From: a virus
Direction: 5' to 3' (one strand)
IMG/VR virus record: IMGVR_UViG_3300045988_063132
Span: 32,001 to 96,000 of that record
Length of the DNA stretch: 64,000 nt
Numbering within the stretch: the stretch's first letter is position 1; each line of letters opens with the position of its first letter. Both the position numbers and the translations under genes were made by a program. Positions 1-9,098 of the stretch are shown piece by piece. The notes beneath the pieces were generated by a model. The model ran no database searches. It saw only the letters and a list, made by a program, of their open reading frames with translations, and was not told the DNA's origin.

Positions 1-184
1 TAGGTTGCTGAAAGATATTATATAAACTTAGTGCATCTTGCATGGATAAATCGATAGAATCAATTACTTCACTATTAATATCATTAATGTCTTTAATCAC
101 ATTCAATCTAATTTGCCCATTTGGAAGGAGAGTTATAAGCTTACTATAATCTCCTAACATGTTTTGTATCATTTGTTGTATCAT
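1..184 (-). CDS. hypothetical protein, N-terminal part (ATG at 184, continues past window start); begins MIQQMIQNMLGDYSKL
   Basis: Open minus-strand frame from ATG at 184 to the window edge, immediately downstream (minus sense) of a rho-independent terminator; not in the provided track because it is partial. Confidence 0.35.
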   Translation of the reverse strand, partial: MIQQMIQNMLGDYSKLITLLPNGQIRLNVIKDINDINSEVIDSIDLSMQDALSLYNIFQQP

Positions 185-220
185 GACTCTATAACGTAAT
201 AGTTGTGTTTTTGTTGCAAC

Positions 221-260
221 TTTTTACAAATAAAAAGGGGTTAAGTAAAACCTAACCCCT
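221..260 (-). terminator. rho-independent terminator downstream of CDS 315..692
   Basis: 8-bp perfect stem AGGGGTTA/TAACCCCT (236-243 / 253-260) followed on the minus strand by a U-tract (plus strand aaaaa at 232-236). Confidence 0.55.
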
Positions 261-314
261 AGTGACACCACATACAACCACGATTTAATTAAAAGACTAA
301 CGCTTTAGTCTAGT

Positions 315-692
315 TTATTTTTTAATAAAAGCTACTACATTATATGGATTTACTAACTGAGAATCTTTAAATAGATCAAAATCAATTGTAGATTTTCTAG
401 AGTAAGCTATAATATCACCTACTTCAGGATGATTGTTAGGATCTGTCCATTGATAGTTAGCTGGAATTGCTAACACTATACCTTTCTTAAAGGTTGTAGG
501 TACTTTCTCTGTAACTGTTTCACTATCTGTAATCTGATAGCCATTTTCATCTGTTTCCCCAGTATTGATAGGCTTTGTTATTTCTTTTTCAATATACTCT
601 TCTGGTAATGGTTTTACCAAGATATCTTTAATAAATTGAAACTCTAACTTAGACAGTACTGTATTCAATAATTCTTTATCTTCTGTATTCAT
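315..692 (-). CDS. hypothetical protein (125 aa)
   Basis: ORF in six-frame track; no recognisable motif. Confidence 0.5.
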   Translation of the reverse strand: MNTEDKELLNTVLSKLEFQFIKDILVKPLPEEYIEKEITKPINTGETDENGYQITDSETVTEKVPTTFKKGIVLAIPANYQWTDPNNHPEVGDIIAYSRKSTIDFDLFKDSQLVNPYNVVAFIKK

Positions 693-752
693 GAATAACT
701 TAATTTAATTGGTTACTATAACGTAATAACTCTTGAAAATGTTCCAAAAACA

Positions 753-974
753 TTATATTTTATATTTTAGTATATTACCACCTGTGCAGCATATATCTAA
801 AGCTATCTTTGGACAATGTTCTTTATCTTCAAAGACACATCCATCACAACTACCACTAGGTTGAGGGTGTACTATGTATTCAATATCGTTGATTATTACT
901 AAGCCTTTTAATATAGCTTCTTTAGCCTCTGGTTCTCCCATCTCAAATTTAATCATAATTAAACTCTCCATCAC
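753..974 (-). CDS. small Cys-rich hypothetical protein (73 aa; CDGCVFEDKEHCPK...CCTGG)
   Basis: ORF track; cysteine cluster suggests metal binding. Confidence 0.45.
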   Translation of the reverse strand: MMESLIMIKFEMGEPEAKEAILKGLVIINDIEYIVHPQPSGSCDGCVFEDKEHCPKIALDICCTGGNILKYKI

Positions 975-1097
975 AAGGATCTATATCAAGATCTTCATCA
1001 TTACAATAGTTATAATCTATATCATCCATAATAGTATTAAGTTAAGTGATCTAGAGTAAGAGTAGATAGTTTATAATTTATTATCTTTACTCTGGAT

Positions 1098-1134
1098 TTA
1101 TCTATCTATTACTATCTATTACTATCTATTACTC
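1098..1134. repeat. tandem repeat, 10-bp unit TATCTATTAC x3 plus a partial copy
   Basis: Perfect copies at 1103-1112, 1113-1122 and 1123-1132, in the intergenic region upstream (minus sense) of CDS 753..974. Confidence 0.8.
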
Positions 1135-1200
1135 AGTAACAGATAACGTTTGATATATCAATTTTGTTCCATTTTTAGTAAAATAAAAATAATTTTAACA

Positions 1201-1401
1201 TTATTTATGATTATTTAATTCTTTCAACATTTGTACTCGTCTTTTTAGTTCTTTTTGAAACTCTTCCCAACCTTTTCTTCCAGTATACATTCCTTTGCCT
1301 ATGCAATATATACCGTTACCAATAGGTCCGATTTGACAATAATCTTTAATTTTCTTAGCACATTTTTCAAAATCTTCTATTGTTAGAGGCTTATTTAACA
1401 T
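1201..1401 (-). CDS. hypothetical protein (66 aa)
   Basis: ORF track. Confidence 0.4.
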   Translation of the reverse strand: MLNKPLTIEDFEKCAKKIKDYCQIGPIGNGIYCIGKGMYTGRKGWEEFQKELKRRVQMLKELNNHK

Positions 1402-1414
1402 AATTTAACTATTT

Positions 1415-1693
1415 TTAATATATTTTATAATTTAAAAGTGTTAACAAATCATAAAATTTGTTAATATTATCGAAATATAATGTATAACAAATCTTAAAAT
1501 ATGTTAAATTTTCAAAATAATTATTTAAAGATATTGCAGATATCTTAATACATTTATCACCATTTACCTTAGTATGTTCACCCATAACAAAACTTAATAC
1601 TTCAAATTCACTATATTCATAGTACCATAGCTTACTAGATTCATTGTAAGTAAATCCTTTTTCTAATAGTTCTTTTTTAATTTCTTCCATCAT
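1415..1693 (-). CDS. hypothetical protein (92 aa)
   Basis: ORF track. Confidence 0.45.
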   Translation of the reverse strand: MMEEIKKELLEKGFTYNESSKLWYYEYSEFEVLSFVMGEHTKVNGDKCIKISAISLNNYFENLTYFKICYTLYFDNINKFYDLLTLLNYKIY

Positions 1694-1916
1694 AATAAAG
1701 TTTATTACATAAACGTGTATGTGGGAATATAGTTCAAAAATATTTTATAAAAATTTTTGGGTAGCGTAATAGTGAGAGCGTGAATAAAATTTTTCAAAAA
1801 TAAAAATATAGCATAATAATGAGAGCATGAAGCACCAAACTCCAAGCCCCCCTCTTACCCCTTCGGGGGAAACACCCCCGTTGTATAGTTTTGTTCTTAT
1901 TTAAATTTGTAGTATT
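1694..1916. promoter_or_regulatory. divergent intergenic control region between minus-strand early genes and the plus-strand block
   Basis: Two 23-nt direct repeats TAGCGTAATAGTGAGAGCGTGAA (1762-1784) and TAGCATAATAATGAGAGCATGAA (1809-1831), each preceded by TTTTT(G/C)AAAAAT. GC-rich hairpin CCCCTTCGGGGG / GGGGGAAACACCCCC at 1851-1879. TAAATTTG at 1902-1909 resembles the Bacteroidota -7 element TAnnTTTG. Confidence 0.4.
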
Positions 1917-2360
1917 GTGGATAAATTAAGTATTTTTCAGATCGAGGATGCAAGTACTAAAGAGTACGACGCTATCCGTGTGAAACTGTTTCCAGGTGAA
2001 GACATTGAAGACGCTGTTATAGGCTTTAATCGAATTGTCTTCGAAAACAATCAGAGTTTGTTATACTCCAGACTAAAGAAAAAGCTTGGAGATGAAGATA
2101 CCTGGGAATGTAATGAAGACTTTACTGATTGTGTAAAGGTTTCAGGTGAAGCTAAAAGAGTTGCTTGTCGTAAACACTATCGCTTTGAGCGTGATGCGAA
2201 AGGTAATATCAAGAAGGCTTCGCCTGAAAGAGTAATCAGTTTTGTTAAATTGGTTGCTTTTCGAGGCGATACAATTGAGTCTGAACTCGAAAGATATCTC
2301 AATCAGATACCTGATGAGTTATTTTTAGAGGATGAAGAAGAGAAAGAGGGAGAGGAATAA
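1917..2360 (+). CDS. hypothetical protein (147 aa, GTG start, acidic C-terminus EDEEEKEGEE)
   Basis: ORF track; GC-richer codon usage than neighbouring genes. Confidence 0.55.
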   Translation: MDKLSIFQIEDASTKEYDAIRVKLFPGEDIEDAVIGFNRIVFENNQSLLYSRLKKKLGDEDTWECNEDFTDCVKVSGEAKRVACRKHYRFERDAKGNIKKASPERVISFVKLVAFRGDTIESELERYLNQIPDELFLEDEEEKEGEE

Positions 2361-2380
2361 ATCCTCTTCCCCTCTTTTTA
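2344..2380 (+). terminator. rho-independent terminator after CDS 1917..2360
   Basis: Imperfect stem AGAGGGAGAGGA / TCCTCTTCCCCTCT followed by TTTTTA. Confidence 0.5.
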
Positions 2381-2496
2381 CGGCATCAATCATCAATCAT
2401 AAATAATCATTACATTTAATATATAGCGCATTATGGAGTACATCGTCGTTTTGATGTTTATCATTCTTCATTTAATAGACAAATATTTTATTAAAG

Positions 2497-2712
2497 ATGA
2501 TAAATAAGGAAATACAAGACTATATTGATTATCTATTATTTCTTAAATATGATAGACAATTAGTATGGTCTAATACTACAATTGCTAAAATGTCAGATAA
2601 GCATTTAGTTAATGCTATAAAATATCTGGAACAACATAATCCTAATCATAATATGTTAGCAATAATGTATAAAGAAAGAGACTATCGATTAGGTTGTTTT
2701 CAATTTACTTAA
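2497..2712 (+). CDS. hypothetical protein (71 aa)
   Basis: ORF track. Confidence 0.45.
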   Translation: MINKEIQDYIDYLLFLKYDRQLVWSNTTIAKMSDKHLVNAIKYLEQHNPNHNMLAIMYKERDYRLGCFQFT

Positions 2713-2736
2713 TTTTAATCAATAAAATTATACATC

Positions 2737-2859
2737 ATGTCAGATATAGAATTTACAATGATTACTACTGCCATTTTACTATATGCTTCAGCTATAGGTA
2801 TAATAGCAGTTTTCATTCATACTCTTTATTCAATATACAAAGAGCGTAAAGAGCAGTAA
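2737..2859 (+). CDS. small hydrophobic protein (40 aa, one predicted TM helix)
   Basis: ATG at 2737 and TAA at 2857-2859, read manually; shorter than the track cutoff. Confidence 0.3.
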   Translation: MSDIEFTMITTAILLYASAIGIIAVFIHTLYSIYKERKEQ

Positions 2860-2879
2860 AAACAAGTTATGTTTAACTT

Positions 2880-3789
2880 AATAGTTGTAGGTGTATATAC
2901 TTAAACCTTCAGCATTATGATTAAAAACAACCAATCCCAGGTGAGTGGAAGTTCCACTTTTAAATATCCTGGGCAGTAGCCAGCCACAGCTACATAAGTA
3001 AACTTGGGCATTTTATTTACTTGCTGGTGGGGTAGTTTAAACCAGTAGTGCTGTTTTTGGCAGTTTGATAACGAAGCACTTAAAAGATAACAAAGGTAAA
3101 CTGTACAGGAAACCAATTCCGATTTATAAGTTTGGTGACAACTTGAAAGAGAGTGACAGCTTGGAGAGACAGCATTGTATACTAATACTACTATTTTTTT
3201 ATGATTTAAGTTTTACAAGCGTCTTATAGTTTAATTTAGACTATAAGTTTCAGTGAAGGTTCTAACTGAGTAATGCGTATCAGAACCATAAAAAACTCAA
3301 TAACTTCCCAAGACATTGAGGGCACCAGTTTCTTATAGGTTACGCATGTGAGGACGAATATACTCCTTGCGATATAAGTTTTAGGTGTAAAATGCACGGT
3401 TCAATAAGCATTTATTTATAAATAGTTAACTGTCTTTTGAATATCTACTCCTCACAGTCGATTTCCTATATCGACTTATCATTGTGAAATGATTATTCCT
3501 CGCTAAGTAATAGTTAGTAAGTATGCGTTGATACGCCAAGGTACAGGTTAGGAGACCTGTATACTGAACACTATTACTCTCACCTCTCCAAAGTAATGAC
3601 AACCTCATCGTAGTTACTCACTCCTGCTTAATTTTATCGTTTATCGTTTGCCATAATCACGTAAGAGTAACGGGTTTTGGAGTCCAGTATTATAAGACCA
3701 GTGGAACACTAACACATAGTAATATGTATAGCATACTGGCATAGAAGCTAATAGTCATTATTTCTCTGAATATTAAATTCATAATATAT
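2880..3789. other. ORF-free GC-enriched island; candidate structured ncRNA or regulatory region
   Basis: No credible ORF on either strand. Nested hairpins (e.g. CCCAGG..AGTGGAA/TTCCACT..CCTGGG at ~2935-2975), near-direct repeats GTGACAACTTG / GTGACAGCTTGG at ~3136-3165, and several short inverted repeats. Confidence 0.35.
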
Positions 3790-4119
3790 ATGGTTAGATT
3801 AATATTAGAGAACAAGTACGAAACCAGTTGGTTTCAACAGTTTCGATTTCTCAAAGCAGAATTGAGACTAAAACTACGAGAATGTATTAAATTGTTTTAT
3901 CATATTAAAAAAGGAAGAACAATATTAATACAACCTTGTAAAGACGAACTTCCTCTAAATTTAAAGCTTGATGTTTCATATCATAGATTAAAACCTTATT
4001 TCTATGTAGAAATGTCAGATATATCTTCAGTATTTAACAGTTTAGTTGATGCAAATCACTATACTTGTTATATTGTAGATTACTATAGAGGATATCGTAT
4101 TTACATTTCTCGTACGTAA
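3790..4119 (+). CDS. hypothetical protein (109 aa)
   Basis: ORF track; low-complexity AT-rich codons, so weak. Confidence 0.3.
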   Translation: MVRLILENKYETSWFQQFRFLKAELRLKLRECIKLFYHIKKGRTILIQPCKDELPLNLKLDVSYHRLKPYFYVEMSDISSVFNSLVDANHYTCYIVDYYRGYRIYISRT

Positions 4120-4344
4120 ATTTAAAGAGTGAGTATTGCATTAATTCCTGTATTTGCTTTTACTCACTCTTTTGTCTTGAATATTAATTTAAAACATTCA
4201 TATTATGAAAATAGAAATCAAATTTGGAAAAGATTACACCTGTTGGTATTTAACTCCAGCTATTGGTATAGGGAATTTTAGTCTTTCTACTATTATTGGT
4301 ATAGCTTTCTTATGTTTTAGTATAGAATTAAAAGTTTATAAATC

Positions 4345-4587
4345 ATGAAAGCAGAACGTGGTAGTTTAATACAACAGCTTATAGGTAGAAAAGTAACTAT
4401 CATAAGCCACAATCTGATGGGAACAATCATATATATGGATATTGCTAAACATAGCAGATCTGTAAATATACTATTAAGGGTTAAAAGACTTGACAAAATA
4501 TCTTACAAGACTATTACTGAAGATAGAGAAATATCTCTGAGTCTTACAGGATTATTAAAGGATGTCAGGTTACACGCCTTAATATAA
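4345..4587 (+). CDS. hypothetical protein (80 aa)
   Basis: ORF track. Confidence 0.4.
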   Translation: MKAERGSLIQQLIGRKVTIISHNLMGTIIYMDIAKHSRSVNILLRVKRLDKISYKTITEDREISLSLTGLLKDVRLHALI

Positions 4588-4760
4588 TTTCTTAAGATAC
4601 TTGTTGAATGTAATTATAGACTCTATCTCGGATGACATGTGAATGGACTAGAGATTAACTTAACCATAGTGTAGTAATATAATAGCAGCTTGGCAGCGTT
4701 AGTGAAATTATTACTATTACTATGGTTATTTATTATTAATGCGTTTAAATCAATTAAATC

Positions 4761-5165
4761 ATGGGAATAAAACTTTTATTTAATTACAAGAATTTAAATC
4801 AAAAACTTCGCCAAATAAAAATTTTACAAACATTGTTTGGTTTAAGTTTAAAGGAAGCTAAATATGCTGTAGATTGTGGAGAACTTATCCTACAAGATGA
4901 ATGTGATAAAAGCTTAGTTGAAACGATTAGAAGTAATTCTGATGCCAATATTGAAGTAGTAATACTTTCTTCACAAAAAACAGAAAAAACGTTTCAACTA
5001 ACAGTTTATTCACATCTACAAAATCTATCTCCTCAAGAATGTATTCTTCTTAATAAGAAAGAATATGAAAAAGAGCGTAAAGAATTAATGAAATATAAAT
5101 CTTTATATTTTGATCTTGTAGGAAGTATAAATAGTATTTTAAATGAATTCTTAAAGAATAATTGA
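4761..5165 (+). CDS. hypothetical protein (134 aa)
   Basis: ORF track. Confidence 0.5.
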   Translation: MGIKLLFNYKNLNQKLRQIKILQTLFGLSLKEAKYAVDCGELILQDECDKSLVETIRSNSDANIEVVILSSQKTEKTFQLTVYSHLQNLSPQECILLNKKEYEKERKELMKYKSLYFDLVGSINSILNEFLKNN

Positions 5166-5219
5166 TGAAAATCAATTATATAGTTCAATTTTTATTAATT
5201 AATAAACGTTTATCAAAAA

Positions 5220-5735
5220 ATGGAAAATGAACAAGGTTCAGGAGCCTTTAAAGGCTTCGTGTCGGTAGTATTAGTACTACTGTTGGTATGTGCAGGTATT
5301 TGCACTTACAAGTATGTTAAGGGAGAAATCCCTGGTGTTACACAGAATTCCACTACTGAGGAATTTATTGAGTCTGAAATGCAAGCTGTGCCTACAGTGG
5401 AAGAAGCTATGCAAGAATGGAATGATCTTAGAGAATCATCCAGGTGTTACGAAGTTTATAGTAACTTTCCACCAGCAATAATGCAAGCATTGTTTGAAAA
5501 ATTGGGTACGCAAGAACCTGTAAAAAGTTATGTATATGAATACGAACGTAATAGGGAGTATTACATATCATTACAGATTGCTAAACAATTAGAAAAACAA
5601 GGACTCGATAATCCTGGAGTAGATGGAAAAAGAATTGAAGGAGTAGAAATAACTACAAAGTTAAAGAAAGAAAAGGAACCTGAGAAGGTACCAATTCCAG
5701 CAAAAGCTGCCAAGGATACAATAGTGTATCAATAA
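5220..5735 (+). CDS. membrane-anchored hypothetical protein (171 aa; N-terminal TM FVSVVLVLLLVCAGIC)
   Basis: ORF track; hydrophobic N-terminal helix followed by a charged soluble domain. Confidence 0.55.
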   Translation: MENEQGSGAFKGFVSVVLVLLLVCAGICTYKYVKGEIPGVTQNSTTEEFIESEMQAVPTVEEAMQEWNDLRESSRCYEVYSNFPPAIMQALFEKLGTQEPVKSYVYEYERNREYYISLQIAKQLEKQGLDNPGVDGKRIEGVEITTKLKKEKEPEKVPIPAKAAKDTIVYQ

Positions 5736-6081
5736 CAGTTTGCAACTTCATTATTTCTTCAGTGGCTGTACTTGCATGTGAATGTAGGTGCAGTCGTCCT
5801 TACTGTGAGAATCAGTGATAAACTTGTGGGGCTCATGTCTTATCAAAAGGGTGGCCAACTTTTAGATAGCATTAGTGCGGACGTTAAAATCAAGTAGATG
5901 ATAAGAATTGTACTGACAATACAATTCTGCTGTATCTTAAAACAAGTTTTGATAGTCAAATTTTCCTAAACCAATCCTCGTTATTAGGTAAAATTTCTTT
6001 TTGTTTACGTATTGCTACAACAATATCCTCACTGTTCATTCGTTATTTGCATTGTAGTTGTAGATACAATGCCGTCATCAA

Positions 6082-6549
6082 ATGTCAAATTTAAAAACAA
6101 TCCAAAAAATGAAAGGAATTGTATTAATTGTGATGCCAGATGCATCACAACACGTAGAAGTAAAAATACCTAATGGTATTACTCCTGCACAGTTTGATGC
6201 GATTATGAATCGTATTAAGCACGACTTCTTTACGACAGTAAAACCACAAGCTGATGCTGATTCATTAGTTGTTACAACTTATGATGAAAGTGAAGCAAAT
6301 GCTATACTGTCAAATGCAACATCTATTAATGCTGCAAAAGTATTAATTGACGTTGTAGGTAATCCTCAAGACTCTGATTGGAGTGGAAGATTCTTTACAC
6401 TCTATGGTAACGGAGATCCGAAAGTAGCACAAGCAATCTTATTCTTAAAACAGAATATGGATGCTTCAGCACAGAATTATCTTAAATCTAATGGTTTAGG
6501 ATGGTTATGTGACTTCTTAGGTCTTGGTATAACCAAATTTAGATTCTAA
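6082..6549 (+). CDS. hypothetical protein (155 aa)
   Basis: ORF track. Confidence 0.55.
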   Translation: MSNLKTIQKMKGIVLIVMPDASQHVEVKIPNGITPAQFDAIMNRIKHDFFTTVKPQADADSLVVTTYDESEANAILSNATSINAAKVLIDVVGNPQDSDWSGRFFTLYGNGDPKVAQAILFLKQNMDASAQNYLKSNGLGWLCDFLGLGITKFRF

Positions 6550-6671
6550 TGGGAAAGACATTCAAAGACATGAAAGCATCCAAATCTTTACGAGAAAATA
6601 AAAATTCTCATAAGAAGCGGATGCTTCCTTACAAGAGAGAGAATAAAAAATATGATGAAACTCGCCAGTAA
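6549..6671 (+). CDS. small basic protein (40 aa, K/R-rich)
   Basis: ATG at 6549 overlaps the preceding stop; TAA at 6669-6671; read manually. Confidence 0.25.
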   Translation: MGKTFKDMKASKSLRENKNSHKKRMLPYKRENKKYDETRQ

Positions 6672-6854
6672 CATCAAATATTTTTATTATATGGTGGTTA
6701 TCCCCAAGAAAGTGTAAAAGTCCAGAGTCCTAAGACAAATCAAAGCTATATGAAGATATATAGTACGTCGATAAAGTAGTTGGGATATTGTCGAAATAAG
6801 TTAAATGAATAAGACAAACACTTTCTTTTTATTCGCATCTTAAAACAATCAAAT

Positions 6855-7076
6855 ATGAAAAGTAAAAAGAAATTATTTTTGTGGTTATATATACCACAAA
6901 ATAGTAAAGTACAGTTTGATCCTTACAAGAGTTCTGTAACTCGAGTAGAAGTAGAATGTACTTTTAAAAAAGTGATACGTGATAAACATTCACCAATTGT
7001 AGAGTATACTTATACTCATCCACGACTTAATAAAAAGCTTACAGGTATAATACCTAAAGCTTTGTGGGAGGCATAA
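6855..7076 (+). CDS. hypothetical protein (73 aa)
   Basis: ORF track. Confidence 0.4.
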   Translation: MKSKKKLFLWLYIPQNSKVQFDPYKSSVTRVEVECTFKKVIRDKHSPIVEYTYTHPRLNKKLTGIIPKALWEA

Positions 7077-7077
7077 T

Positions 7078-7263
7078 ATGTTAAGAGAGATTATAGAATA
7101 TATAGTATTCTTCATATGGATCTTTGGCTTTGTTATGTCATATGCGTTTGGTGATATTCCTGCGATACTATATATCGTAATCTCTTTTATTATTATGGCT
7201 CGTATTCACATACGAGGCTTAAAGAAACTATTTTTATTAATAATTAAATCAATTAAAGAATAA
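7078..7263 (+). CDS. small membrane protein (61 aa, hydrophobic)
   Basis: ORF track; IVFFIWIFGFVMSYAF TM segment; tightly coupled to flanking ORFs. Confidence 0.4.
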   Translation: MLREIIEYIVFFIWIFGFVMSYAFGDIPAILYIVISFIIMARIHIRGLKKLFLLIIKSIKE

Positions 7264-7268
7264 AAAGT

Positions 7269-7640
7269 ATGAGTTGGAGTGATGAACTTGAAGAACAAAT
7301 TCTTTATCACTTTGGTAAAGATCCACCAAGTGAAGATAAAGATATAAAAAAGAAAGAAATCAAGAAAAAGATACGAGAAGAATTAAGTAAAAATCCAACA
7401 TTATCTAATATCCTAAAACAAAACAAGGCTGAAGGTAAATTCATAAAAGAATTTACTGATCAACTTATGGGATATAATTATAGTCCTAGAGATATAGGTA
7501 TTAGAATTACTTATGCTATAAAACATAGTTGTTGTCCAATAGATAATGCGTTATGTTGGAGAAATACTAGTCAAGGTCACAGTTATTGGAAAAAACTTAA
7601 TTCAATTGTATCAGAAAATCTAAGGAAAACAAAATTTTAA
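7269..7640 (+). CDS. hypothetical protein (123 aa)
   Basis: ORF track. Confidence 0.5.
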   Translation: MSWSDELEEQILYHFGKDPPSEDKDIKKKEIKKKIREELSKNPTLSNILKQNKAEGKFIKEFTDQLMGYNYSPRDIGIRITYAIKHSCCPIDNALCWRNTSQGHSYWKKLNSIVSENLRKTKF

Positions 7641-7675
7641 ACACTTATTTATTAACACTTTAAATTATCAAAATT

Positions 7676-8074
7676 ATGAGCGAAATTAAAGACGAAATTC
7701 GTAACGGTAGAATTATCAACAAAGAAGTAGTAACTGCAGCAGCTGAAGAACTGGCTAAGAAACGTAATGCGAAACTGACGAAAGAAATGATGCGTATTGC
7801 CGTTGATTCTGAGTTCGAACGCAAGAATGCATTATTGAATTTGCAGCGCAATCGTGATGAAGAAGATCCGATCAAGGCTTGTTTGAAAGCTAAAGAAGCA
7901 AATGAAATTGCAGTAAAAGAAGGAAAGATGACACCGGAAGAATTTCGTGAAGCAAATCGTAAAGCCGATGATGAAAAAGCTAAAGCTTTACGTAGTATTT
8001 CTGATGAATACTACACTCTGCGTAACCAGTTGCAGAAGCAGTGTTATGACGTCCTGAATGATTGGGATGATTAA
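7676..8074 (+). CDS. helical charged hypothetical protein (132 aa)
   Basis: ORF track; noticeably GC-richer codon usage (gcg, ccg, cgt) than neighbours. Confidence 0.55.
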   Translation: MSEIKDEIRNGRIINKEVVTAAAEELAKKRNAKLTKEMMRIAVDSEFERKNALLNLQRNRDEEDPIKACLKAKEANEIAVKEGKMTPEEFREANRKADDEKAKALRSISDEYYTLRNQLQKQCYDVLNDWDD

Positions 8075-8084
8075 TAACAACTCC

Positions 8085-8410
8085 GAACCTGTGCCGACAA
8101 GTACTGTAAAGCTTATCAATTAATATTAGTGTCTTTACATTTGTAGAGACACTAATACTAGTTAGTGCCGAAAGTTATTAAACCGAATGGATTTAGTAGG
8201 TAATTAAGTTGAATTGACAACTTCCCTCAAGTGCTATATGCCGTAGGGTGGAAAAACAACGTGCCACTGATCATGTGCCGAAGATCATTACTATTGTTTT
8301 AGCTATTGTACTTTATGTCCTGCATAAAAACAATAGGCTCTACTTGTAGAGTTTTATAGTAATGGTTATCAAAACACATATAGAAATTGTGCTTTATGCC
8401 GAAGTTTTAT
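8085..8410. promoter_or_regulatory. intergenic cluster of five or six dispersed direct repeats (G/A)TGCCGAAG plus two palindromes
   Basis: GTGCCGACAAG ~8089, GTGCCGAAAG ~8166, ATGCCGTAGG ~8239, GTGCCACTGA ~8262, GTGCCGAAGATC ~8276, ATGCCGAAGTT ~8397. Hairpin TTAGTGTCTTTAC..GTAGAGACACTAA at 8128-8158. Perfect palindrome CTCTACTTGTAGAG at ~8338-8351. Confidence 0.35.
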
Positions 8411-8684
8411 TTTTAATATATAGTATAAACGTTAAGTAAATCATATTTATATGATTTTTAAAATATTTATACGAACTTCAATTTCTATCAGTCTATCAAA
8501 GGCACAGAATTCTAAGTAATATAATGCTTTATGCTTAAATGTTGTTTATAGAAGAGAAAAATATGTAATAATGGGTCCTCGATAAGGACGTCTTTAGACG
8601 GTAATAGAGTAGGAACAGATAGTACAGTCGCTCTATAAAGAATATTTAGTATTACTTAGGATAAACTCTTAAAAATTCACAATT

Positions 8685-8816
8685 ATGGATTGGACAAGAG
8701 AAGACTTAGAAAATAAGTCAAAAGAAGAACTTATAGACATCATTATGAACATTCAGGAAGATTTAGAGTATTTTCCAGATCTTTATGATAGTACATATGA
8801 TGACTATGAGGAATAG
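8685..8816 (+). CDS. small acidic protein (43 aa; MDWTREDLENKSKEELIDIIMNIQEDLEYFPDLYDSTYDDYEE)
   Basis: ATG at 8685 and TAG at 8814-8816; followed directly by a strong terminator hairpin; read manually. Confidence 0.35.
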   Translation: MDWTREDLENKSKEELIDIIMNIQEDLEYFPDLYDSTYDDYEE

Positions 8817-8819
8817 AGA

Positions 8820-8856
8820 GTAAGGAGAGAAATCTCCTTACTTTCACGACCTTTTG
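8820..8856 (+). terminator. rho-independent terminator
   Basis: 9-bp perfect stem GTAAGGAGA / TCTCCTTAC with GAAA loop, followed by TTTCACGACCTTTT. Confidence 0.55.
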
Positions 8857-9098
8857 GTTCATATTATTAAAATTATTAAAAGTAGATATTCACAATATAA
8901 GAACTGTATTGTGTCTTATTAGGCTTATTAATCATTGTTAGGACGAGGGTTCGATTAAAATGGTCGAGTTTAAATTGGGTGAATTCAGGGAACGCTAAAC
9001 AAAAATGCTCAGAAATGACATTTTTGCATGCCAATCCTGAGCTAAGCATGTAGTACACTACATGAAAGTGCAGAGACTACTGGAGAACTAAAGTGTTC

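Noticed and set aside
874-1059. Plus-strand 61-aa ORF overlapping minus-strand gene 753..974
   Set aside because: Low-complexity I/K-rich translation of the AT-rich antisense strand; overlaps a better ORF. The same applies to 5290..5481, 7660..7875, 10793..10978, 12159..12365, 12369..12602, 13016..13243, 13313..13561, 17277..17459, 18977..19246, 19296..19616, 23797..24123 and 25721..25957.
2901-3608. Minus-strand ORFs 2901..3116 and 3426..3608
   Set aside because: They lie within a GC-enriched, hairpin-rich, otherwise ORF-free island and look like chance frames through structured RNA or regulatory DNA rather than genes.
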